Below are positions 41,101-53,100 of a DNA stretch of 64,000 nucleotides, piece by piece; the stretch's first letter is position 1, and the number at the start of each line of letters is the position of its first letter. The notes beneath the pieces were generated by a model. That model was not told the DNA's origin, did not search any database, and worked only from the letters and a program-made list of their open reading frames with translations. The position numbers were made by a program, and so were the translations under genes. Origin of the DNA: a virus. Taxonomy: Duplodnaviria > Caudoviricetes. The stretch is from positions 64,001-128,000 of IMG/VR virus record IMGVR_UViG_3300033061_001635, one strand, 5' to 3'.

Positions 41101-44100
41101 TCCAGAATTAATAGACTGTAATAATGGTAAGTGTTTTTGTGTAGACTTAGAATTGATAACAAACTCTCCAGGACTCAACATAGCAGGAACAGTATCCGTG
41201 CCCTTAGGCTTGAAATCAATAAGTTTTCCATTACTAGCATATATTAATCCTCCAGATGATCTGGCTACAGGAGGAGCAGCAACAGCCACCCCAGGATTTA
41301 CTATGTTGTTACCAGCAGCATCCTTTCCTATGTTCGCATCCTTCATATTTCCTTCAACACTTGCTCTTAAATCATCAATACTAATACGTAAATTATCATT
41401 AGAATCTTTTAGTATAGATTGTGATTCCGCTAATTCGCCCTGTCCCTTTGTCGCGCTTGAACGTAAACCCACGGACTCTAAATATCTTTCAGCAGCCTTT
41501 TGCATACTAGGGTCTGTTTTACGATCTTGTAAAGCAGCCAATGACTGTTGAACTAATGGATTATTGGCCATTCCACTTTCTATAGCCATTTGTTTCGTTA
41601 ATTGTAGTTGTTGTTTTTGGAAATATTCGGCTACTGCTTGATCAACATCTACTCCCGGTTTTCCTTGATTCTGAGCATATTGATTTCTTATTTGTAGTTC
41701 TTGAGCAGCTTTTACTCCGGGATCTTGTGATAAGGCTAACGTTTCTTTTCTTTGATTAGCAAGAACAGTATTCCCAGCCCTAGTAGCTTCTCTTACATTC
41801 CCTGTTTTAAATAAAGCTTCATTAAATGCTTTTCTAGCATCTCTTTGATTATATGGACTATTTAATCCACCAGAAAGATTTCGTTGCAGTCTAATAAAGC
41901 TTTGATTAAGCTTATCTGCTTCTTCTGGAGTATTGGTCAATAATTGATTAACAAAATTTTGTCTATTATTTTGTAATTCTGAAGTATGTTGAAGATCACT
42001 GAATGCTTTATCTACTAATTCTGTACTATTAGCAAGCATATCTAATGCTTCTCTATTATTTTGCAATTGATCATCTAATTTATTAAGCTGTTCAACATTG
42101 TTACGCAAAGCGTCTTTATCTGTAAGAGTACCCTGTTGTTTTTGTAAAGTATCTCTTTGTTGAGAAAGTCTTATTTGTCTGTTCTGAATGCCTTGGACAG
42201 TTGTTTCTCCGCCAGCTAAATTACTAACATCTCCCATGATTCTATTGCTTTTCTCATTATATGTTTCACCATATCCGCTTAAGATTTCTCTTAAGTTCAT
42301 ATTACCTTCGTTAGAGATGTCTCTCGATTTTCTAAAATAGTTTTGAGCTTCTTTAGCTGCTTTGCTAGCTTCGTTCAGTCCTTTTGCAAATTTATCTAAT
42401 GCTCCTTCTTTAAAAGAAGACAAGTTTTTAACAGAATCTAATAATTTTTTACCAAAATCACCCAAAATATTCGTACCATCTTCTAATTCTTTTCTAAATT
42501 CTGATACTTGCATAGTATTATCAGCATTATTTTCTTTGGCTTTCTTAGCCATGTTTTCAATTTTAGCAGTTGATATCTGTTTCAATTCGTCTTTTTGCTG
42601 TCTAGATAAATTAGGATTATTTTCTATTTCATTTTTAGCAGTATCAACTGCTGCTTTTTTAAGTTCATCTACTCCTGAGCCAGCACTCTTGTCTAAAACA
42701 GTTGCTATACTTTGTGTAATATTTTTGGGTATATTTTGTTGTAATTGAGCACCACCAATTAATTGTTTTCTAATTCCAGCATCTAATCCCGCTGTGGCAG
42801 ACTCTAATGCTTTAGTAAATTCTTCTTCAGAGTATGCATTAGGATTATCTAGAATATTTTTTTCTCTTAATTTTGGACCAGAAACTTTAGACTCTCCACG
42901 TAATGATGATGCATATTGGGTCGTTGCCTCTACCCTAGCATCAGACTCAAATGATATTTTATTAACAGACTCATTTACTATGTCTGCTATTTTATCAAAA
43001 CTAGCAGCCAATCGTCGTCCAGCTTTATCTGCAAGATCCATAGCTCTTGCTAATTTTGCGCTTTCTTGAGAAGCTTTTGCTAATTCATCATTAGCTAAAA
43101 ATTCATCTTGTGCTGCTTTACCAACGATAGTTTCTTTACCTTGTTCCCCAGCAGACATATATAGAGCTAATTTTTTAGGATCAGATAAAATCATGCCTTT
43201 TAAAGATTCTCTAACTATATTTCCAGCTTCATTACTGGGATCCATGATTTGATCATTACTGAATCCTTTTGAATAAAGTCTTTCTAAATCTCCGTATCCA
43301 GTATTGGCTATTTTTTGGTAATTTTCTAATTCTTTTTGAGCATCAACGCTTGCCTCTTCCGTACCATAAGAGCCTTTTTTGGATTTTGCAACTGTTACTG
43401 GATCAAGGTCTTGGTAGTATGGATTCATGCCAACGCCAATTTCTCCAATGCCTAATAATATTCCTCTACCAAAATCTGTCCAATTACGATCATTTTCTGC
43501 TTTATTTTTTCCAGCTGTTGCTGTATCTGCTGTACTTTCTATAGCGGTATCTGTTAAGGCCTTAACCGACGATGCTGTTTTTGCTCTCAAATCAACATTA
43601 TTAACATCCTTACTTAATTTTTCCAAAGCATTTGATAGACTATCACTAGCAGCAGATAATTTGTCATTTAATAAAGATCTTGTCATTTCTTGGGCAGCTT
43701 TTTTCGCTGTTCCAGAAAAATCAAATGCAGCATCAGCACCAGCATACAATGCTGTGCCTATAGCAGCAGCGGCCCCTAGCATAGGATTGATAGCGGCTAA
43801 TTGTGCTGATGTTGTTAAGCCTACAGATAGTGTTGTTGCTGCTTTGTCTATTCTAGCCCCTGCATCTGCTGCTTTTATTTTTCCCTTATCTGTTTTAGTA
43901 TCAAATAATGCTGATGATATATTTTGGCCTTGCCCAGCAACCAACCCCGCGGCCAACCCAACGTCACCAAGTCCTCGCTGCATACTTCTTCCTAAATTAC
44001 CAGTAAAATATCTTTCTCTAAATGCTCTATTAATAGGACTATTTCTAGTATCCATTAATCCAGCAGCCCCAACGCCTCGCTCTCCTCTCATTTTAGCTAA

Positions 44101-47100
44101 GTCATTTATAGCTTCTCTTCGCTTACTCACCTCTTCTTGTGCTAATTTTTTAGCCTCTTCTGCTGAAGCTACACTAATGCCTCTAATAGTTCCAGCATTT
44201 TTATATTCTTCCATCCTCGTAGCTATTAACTGCTGATCCATTTGTCTGAGGGTTTTTCTATCTCTCATAGAATCAGAAATATATTTTTGAATATCATTAC
44301 CGCTAATATTTAGATTTTTTAATTCACTTGCTGTTATATTGCCTTTTATACCAGTAGAAGTTTGTGTTCCAGTAGCCACTGTTGTAGCTCTAGAAAAAGC
44401 TTGTGTCTTAATATCATTTAATTCAGAAGATATAGCCTGTGCAACCTGATCAGCTAAGTCTGATGCAGCTATTGGTTGTTTGGACGATGATACTATATCA
44501 GCTTCTATAGCCTTTTTTCTTTTATCTATTAATCGTTGCTCTTCTTTTTCTGCTAAAGATAATATTTTTTGTTGTGTAGCTCCTGATCCTAGTTTTTTAC
44601 CAACTGAACTTTCTTTAAATCCAGATTCTAAAAATTGACGCTTAGTAACATCAATAAGTCCCTTATTTCTGATATTAGATAATGCTTTTTCGGCTTCTAT
44701 AATCTTATCTATAGATGCTCCACTGATTTTTAGTCTTTCTAAATCTTTGTTCCCTGCATCCAATACAGCTTTTATAGATAGTTGTTTATTTTCATTCAAT
44801 AAACGATTTAAATATTTCATGCCGTCTCCGGCATCATAAAGAGTGTCCACAAATGCTTTTGTATCTTGCAAAATAGATGGATCTACTGCTATTGTACTAG
44901 TATCGATTGAGTTTGGACGATTGCTCGTAATATTCTGTGTTTTTCCTAAATAACTTGTTATATTTTGCAATCCAGAAAGAACACTATCTACGCCACCACC
45001 AAAAGCAAATTTTTGTACTCCTCCTACAATTCCTCCTTTATTATATCCTTGTATTTTGTCTGCTTTATTTAATTGATGTAATTTATTATATCCTATTTTT
45101 TTAGCAGCGTTCTTATTAACAACAAATTCACCAGGAGTTAATAGTGCTGGCACCGTATCTTCTGAAGATAGTCCCGTATTTCCTCCTGATGCAAATTTTC
45201 TGATACTTCCGCCACCATTCCGAGATAAAAATGATAGTTGCTGGGCTTTAATATGCTCAGCATATTTTGGATCATTCATATTTATAACATCTGGACTATT
45301 AATCAAATCCGCAGACTTGTTATAGCCACTTTGAAGAATCCATGCCGGATCACTAGGTGGTGGCCAAGTTTCTTTTCTTCCATATAGTTTAGGATCAAGA
45401 TAGCTATGATTTTTAGTCCATTGACTTGGATCAAGGGGAGTTTTCTTTACATCTGAGCGATTATTAAAATAGTATGACCAAACAGATTTTGCAGATTCAC
45501 TCACTTGATTTCTGTCTGATGTTAACATACTTCCAGCAGCAGTGGCAGCTTCCATTACTATGTCATATAATCTTGGACCATATCCTTGGGTTGCTTTTGA
45601 TAAACCAACAGTAAATAAATTGCCGGTTGCTTTTTTAGCGCTAACAAAACCTTGTCTATCGTTATTTTTAAAGTATGTCGCCGTTATTTCAGATCCATCA
45701 GATCGTAATCCTATTTTGCTATAATTTTTAGGTTTTTTCTCTTGTGATTTTTGTAAACCGGTTACGCCAGCAGCCCCTATAGATCTTTCTGGCATTCCTG
45801 CTGTTAAACCAGCACCCTGAAAAGTCCTAGCAATAGAATCAGCAGAACCATACATAGAACTTATCAAACTAGACATGTCAGTGTCTTCTAATCCTAATGC
45901 CATACCTCCATCAGCATATTTAGGTAAAGTTTTATAAAAATCTGGATTCAGTCCACTCTCCCCAAAAGCCTGAGATAAAAGCTCAATAGCTCCTTTATTG
46001 TTTTCTACAGCGGCCGACAATAAAACGGGAATTAGTTCATTTTTACCCAAATCCCATTGTGTCGCACCAAGAGTGCTAAAAAGGTTTTGAGATACATTAT
46101 TTTTTTTCGTTATTTTTTTAACAGAGTCATGGGCTTCTGCTATAAAATTTCCAGAATATGGACTCTTGCTTGTTGCTGTTGGGAAAAAATGCTCAAGTCT
46201 ATAATCTTTTGGTCCTGCCCACTCGGCATTCTTTGGATCTTTATACCATTTTTCAACAGCATCTTTACGCTTTAATAAGCTTTCATGCAGTTTATCTATA
46301 ATTTCAGGATGATTATCATATAAATGTCCTTGAATATCATGAAAAGACTCATGAGCAAGAACACCTTTATGAAGTCCTCCTGCTGTTTTTATAGTATCAT
46401 CATTGCCTTCAAATAGTATTCGCTGATCAACAAATTGTTTAAGTGCCTTATATTCATCTTCTGGTAATTTACTTTTATATTTTTCAAGATTATGTCTAAG
46501 AACCTTGGGCATTAATCCACCCTGATAAAATGCTCCTGTTTGTTCTTCTGGGGGAGCCTTTTCAGATTTTCCCAACAGTATTGACATCACACTGCTTTTA
46601 CTTTTTTCAGCAAGACTTCTTCCTGGTATAAAATCAATAGGTTCTGCTTGACCAGATGGCATTTTAAGATAGCCATCAGATGTTAACATTTCTTTTGGTA
46701 GAATACTTGCTAATATTGACTTGTATTCTTCTTCAACTTTACCACCTTTAGCAAAGGTATAATGTATCGCTTCGTGCCCCTGGCCCTTCAATCGCATTAT
46801 TGTTTCTAAATTATCGTCAATCATCTTTTGATAACCGGTAATCTTCTTATTTTGCGGACCGTTTGATCCTCTAATTTTAGATTCCGGAATGGGTAATCCT
46901 AGATTTTGTAAGGTCTGAGCTAAAATACCGGTTTGATTAGGATTTCTGGCTGATAAAATACTAACGTTGTCTATTAAAGATGGCTCTTGTTTTAATGCTT
47001 CTGATAAGTGTTGTCCTAGGGGTGTAAGCTTGCCTTTCTTTAACATCTCTTGAACCAAAGGCATATCGTCTTTTCTTGATAAATCTAGTTTACCATCAGG

Positions 47101-50100
47101 AAGTCTAATTTCTCCACCAGTAACCAGAGTATCATCAAAATCAAAAACCATTTCTTTAAATGGGCCGGTCGAGTTATTGTTTGGGAATATTTCTCCATAC
47201 TTTTTAAGTAGTCCGCCGCCTGATAATTTCTGAACCATCTTATCATTCTTTGGTTCTGGTATTCCATATTGTGCTCTAAAATATTTTTGAAATTCTTCAA
47301 CAGCCTTGCCTCTACTATTACTATCTATTGTTCTTTTAACTTCTGTTGGAATATTAGGATCAATACCAAATATTTTTGCCGCTTTAGGTCCGATGCCCAT
47401 TGGAAAGTCGATTGGACGAGTTCTTAAAGCATCGTCCAATATGGTAGCATCTGCTGATCCAAAAATTTGTTCTAGTAAAGCCCCTTCAATATTTCCTTGT
47501 CCTAATGTTTCTCTTTGTTTTTTAGTTAATTCTTTAGGAGTAATACCAAGAAGTTTTGATGCTCCTTGTACTATTTCTGCTGTTTGTCCACTAAGATAAT
47601 CAATAACATTTTGGAATTCTGTTGGTAATCCTCTTTGTACTATGGAGGCATTTATTGACCTGTCTTTGCCGGACGAATCGGTGCCAAGATTCCAAGTTTC
47701 TGGACCTAATAATCCAGTATATCCTAATGGATTTAATCCTACTAAACCTAATTGTGTCGATGACAAAACAGCATTTGTTGTATCTTTTAATGCTGTTGCT
47801 TTTTGAGTTCCTTGTGATTGTTTAAATTTATCTATTAAGTAATCTCTTGTTCTTGTATAGTAAGCTAATTTATCTGCTTTAGTTTCTGGTCTAAATGCAG
47901 AATTCCAATATTTTAATTTGCCACCTTCAGCAGTATCAGATACTGTTTTTCCTGAGAATGGGCCAAAACTTGAATCATTTGGTAATCTTTCAGATCCAAA
48001 TCTTTTTAATATCTCTGTTCCTTGAGCTGGTAATATTCCAGAAGATTTTTTAACAGCTGTTTCTGTAGCTACTTTTGCTAAAATAGCTTGTTGTATAGCG
48101 GAAGATGGACCAGTTGGAGATGATGATGAATCAGTATCAAATCTTAGTCCATATTTTGCAGGATCGCTGGTTGCTAACTGTCTAAGAAGGCGATATGGTT
48201 CAAATGATTTTTTAGTTTCTAGTTTTTTCTTTTTATCTTTTAAGGACCGATAAAGCTCTAGTTGAGCAGCATACTCTTTGTCTGTCTCTGCTTTTTTATT
48301 ATCTGCGCGAGTTATTCCTGTTGCGGCCAACTGCTGGTCTATACCGGATACTTCTTCTTTGTATGCTGCTTCTGCTTGTTCTATTAGTGTTGGCAATACG
48401 TTGGATCTGTTCTGTAGTTGAACCATATTGTTTTTTAATAATGAAAATACCGAGGGGGAAACAACTTGTTGAAGACCCTCTAGATTTCCATTTAATACTA
48501 AATCCCTAACTTGTGTTCCACTTATTCCGCCTGTTCTTTTTAGATTAGAGACTCCATATCCTGCTTTTTTATATTTCTCCATTTGCTTTTCTGTCTTGTC
48601 TGCAACAAAAGCCATGCTTCCTTCACCAGCTAATGTAATCTGTCTACGACCATCCTTTTCTCCCATATCAAAAGCTAAAGGAACACTCATATCTCCAAAT
48701 GCCTTTGGTAGAACAGAGGCCCCCTTAGATCCGAATCCTGCTTTGGCCAGTGCTAATCTAAAATCTTTATCAAATACTGCTGTTCTATAATTTTCAGAAT
48801 CTACAGCCTCATCGGATCCGACTAATGCTATAAAGTCTTCATAGGGTATGCCAGCAGCTTTGGCTGCTTCCATCATAGATTCGTGACCTACTGTTGTTGG
48901 AGCAAATCCTCCCCAAGTTAATCCTATTTTTTTCTTAGTTGCTTCTACTAGTTCATTTCCTGTTTTACGACGTAATCCACCGTCGTCTTTTCGTCCTAAT
49001 ACTACTGATTTAGAACCTATTCTATCTTCTAATAAAGCTTCTTCTTTTGCCGTGTCTAATGGAGCCCCTGTTGTGCTACCAGCTGTTCTACCAAATAATC
49101 CAACACCACTAACGTCCCTCATTGTTCTTTGTTTAAGAATTCTATCTTTTTCTTCTTTTGTAGTAGACGATAATGTATAAGCTCTATCTACTTCCTGTAA
49201 CATACCCTCTAACTTATCCTGAGAAACTGTGCTTGTAAGCAACATAACTTCTGAAGCTTTAGTTATATCTTCTGGGGTTAGGATAGGGAAGCGATTTGTT
49301 TGTCGTAGTGTTCCGTTATCGTTGGATCCTCTTCCGGTAACAATACTACTTTTACCAGCTCCGGCCACGCCATATAGTGCTTTTAGAGAGTTTAAACTTT
49401 TTTCTTTTCTGGCTTTGATGGCTAGATCAGTTAAATACTCCGTATAATTTCTTGGTCCATCAACACCGGCTTTTTTCATAGCCTGTTCAATAACTTGGGC
49501 ATTTGCTGGATCATTAATTACATCAAAATCAATATATCCTAAATTTCTTGTAACCTTACCACCATCTGTATATTGTTGTCTTTGAATTCCAGCACTACCT
49601 AATAATTCATTTAGAGTAGAGTCTAATATTCCCTCCATATTAGAATCTAGCATTGGTCGTTTTTGAATTAGAGTTGTTAAAAATTCTTCTTTACCATTAT
49701 CTTCTGCTTTATTTATAACATCTTGCTTAACTCCGCCCTTTAATAGTAAGTCAGTAATTTTAGGATTTATTGGTCGATATTCACGAGCATTTTTCTTTTT
49801 TTCAGCTTCAAAATATAATGCTGATCCTTCTTTAGAAACTTCAGGATTGTCCGATCTTCCCGTTCTTATCGTATCTCTTCTTAAATTGCTTAATACGCTA
49901 TTAAGCATGTTGTTTTTATAGCTACGACCATATACAACATCGGCGCTATTATATCCGCCATCTTTCTCTGTTAGAGCATCAAAAGCATCAGCCAATCCAT
50001 CATTATCACCAGAGAATAATTGACTTACTCTATTTCTATATTGATCAAAAGCGCCTGATGATTGTGTCCTTATTGAATTTAATAATTGATGTGTTAATTC

Positions 50101-53100
50101 ATGATATAATGTATTTTTTTCTTGATTTGGGAAATATCTGGTGCTACTTAAACCCACTGTTCCTCGTCCGGTAGTTTCGGTAATTTCTTTTTTAGCCGCC
50201 ATTGCTGCTTTTCTAGCATAAGCTTGTTTATCTTTCACTTTAGATATTTGCATAGTTAATGCAGATTTTTCATCATAAGCCTTTTTAAATGCAGCATCAT
50301 CAATTGAAAAAGATCCATCATCAAAAGTTTTTGTTGGCGTTTTCATTATCTTCTTAATTTCTTTTTCTTTTTCCTCCCATAATTTTTGATAGCCATATAG
50401 ATCTTGTTCATCGGCCGTGGTGAACCCATACTGAGATAAATCTAACTTATCAAAATCTCTAGCGCCATAAGGATTTGCATAAAAAGTACCACGAGAACTA
50501 ACGTTTTGTCCTACTCCACCAAAATCAATATTTTGTGGTAAAACTTTAGACAAATCCTGTTCTGGTAAACCTATATATTTAGCAAAATTTGCTAGATCGC
50601 CCACTAAATCATTTCGTCTAATTTTAGTCTTAAACAAACTTTCAAATTTTTTGCGATCAAAAGCTTGTGACTTAAAATGTTCAGCAACTGCATTCTGATC
50701 AACATTTATTCTTTCATCTTTTGGATATTGATCCCACGCTAATGATACTTGTTCATCATTTAACTTCTTTTCCATTTCTTTAACATAAGCGTTCGTAATG
50801 CGCTTGGGAAATTTGGTTTGTCCTGTACCGAATGGGGTTGATTCTGCTTTTCCTCCGGCCATGAATCTTTGAATTCTTCCTCCAAGATTTTTTTTATCAA
50901 ACTTTTTTGGATCTTGTTCAATTAATCTTTTATTCTGCTTACCCTCTGGTAATGACAGATACTCTGCCTTAGTTATAGTTTCTGCTCGCTTCGGTCCTGT
51001 ACCAGAATATGAAAAACCTAATCCTTTATCTATTAAGTTCTGTTTTAGATTATCGTCAACAAAAAGCGGTCTCCCACTACGTTCTTTATCTGTCTGTTGA
51101 CTATATCCTTTAGTAAAATTCTCTGTTACATTTTTACCTTTTGTATATTGTGTTTCAGTTAATTTTTTTGCTTCAAGAGCAAGATTTTTTTTCCATTTTT
51201 GGTTACTTCTCATTTCAAATGTATCAACTCCGACAAGTCTACTACTAGTATCATATGCCGAAGTTTTTGGTGTGAACTTTACTACTGGACTGTCTCCGTC
51301 GTAAACATGGTCAACAACCACATTTAATGGCTCTGGGGCTTTTCCTCCACCGCCAAATCTTTGTCTTTTATTTGATTTTCCTGCTCTTATACTTCCACCA
51401 CCCCCATACTTATTCATATTATGAAGATTATCTGATCCTATAGTTTCAACAGCTTTCTTTCTTATAACAAATTCTCCTGGCTCTAACATTGCTGGTACAG
51501 TATCTCCACTGCCAGTACCAGGAACAACACCACCTCGTGCAAATTTTCTTATAACTCCGCCATTAGCTTTACCATCTGGTCCTCTTTTAACTCCTGTGGT
51601 AAATCCTGTAGTAAATTCTGTTAATGCTTTAAATCCCTTAAATGCTGCAAGAACTGCTAATGCTGGAAGAATTCCTTTAACGGCGTCTGCTACTTTTATC
51701 AAACCGCTAGTTAAAGATAATGCACCTCTAACTAAACTCTGAAATCCTTTAGATTGACCTATCTCACGAAATAGTGAGAAAAATTCTTCACGAACTTTGC
51801 TTATTTGATTTGCTAAACTAAGTTGTGCTGTAGCAGCATCTTTAGCCAGAGATGCCTGTCCTTGTTGTGCAACCTTTAATGCCTGCTGGGTCACAGTGAA
51901 TTGTTGAATAAGAGGAATAACTTTGCCAATTTGACGAAATCCACCAAGTTCTTCAACTATTCTGGAAAAATCTAAACTTCTAGGATCTATCTTGCCTAGT
52001 CCTTTGCTTAATAATTCAACGGCTTTATATGCTCCAACAAATTTACCTTCTGTGTCTGTTAGATTAACACCAAACTCTTTTAGCGCATCTATTGTTGTTC
52101 CTCTTTGAACACGAGTAAATATTGTCCGCAATCCAGTAGCAATAGTTTCAGCACTTTCACGACTAGTTGCTCTAATACTAGTAAATACCGAAATGAATTC
52201 ATTTAAAGCGTCTTTTCCTTCGCTTACTCCTTTGCTCGCAGTAGCAAATACGCTACCTGTTCTTTGTACAGCCGTAATGATGTCGCTGGATTCTACTGCG
52301 AATCTTGCGGCAACAGCATTAACTGCTCCTAATGATGCCTCCAAATCATTAGCGCTAATACCAAACTGTCTCATTATAGCAATACTGCCTTCGACAGTCT
52401 CATTCATATTATCGAATGATGGAGCTAAGCTACTAAGAGCTAAAGCCTTTAGAGCTTTCTCAGTTTCTCTAGCACTCAAACCAGCCTGAGCTAATGTTGA
52501 TGCTACTTGAGTTAACTCTTTAGAACTAACACCAAATTCTACAGCTAAATTAGTAATTTGAGATTGCAGTTTGGATAATCCAGCAGCAGATTCACCAGTA
52601 ACTTGTTGTAGCTTTACAAGTTCTTTATCATAATCAATAAAAGCTTGTATACCATTATTTATACTATTGGTTACGCCATATATAACGCTTGTAACAGCAC
52701 TAAATGCAACGAATCTTCTAACTGCTAAACCAGCCTGTTTACCGAATTCCTGCATCTCTGTTGCGGCATTTTGCAATCCTCCAGATGTTGATGAGGATAC
52801 TTTATTTAATTTAGCAATTGCTGACGAAGTTTGATTAATTTGTTGAGGGACATTGTTAATTTTAACAGAATTTACGCTATTACCAAAAGCCTTTATTGCT
52901 GATGTGGCAGCATTGGCTGATTTGACAGTTGAGGCAAAATTAGCATTTAGAACTTTTAATGAAGACGATAATGCTGCAACATTTTTTGATGCTGCCGGAT
53001 CAAGTTTAAACTGTACGTTTGCATTAAGAGTGCCAAGATCTTTTTTAATCTGAGCAGCTATTTGCTTAACGTTTGTTGGACCTTTAAGATTCAACTGTGC

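Noticed and set aside
40910-44236. Long plus-strand ORFs (213, 128, 269 aa, etc.) opposite the TMP
   Set aside because: Antisense shadows of a codon-biased gene; Ser/Leu/Phe-rich and lacking recognisable motifs
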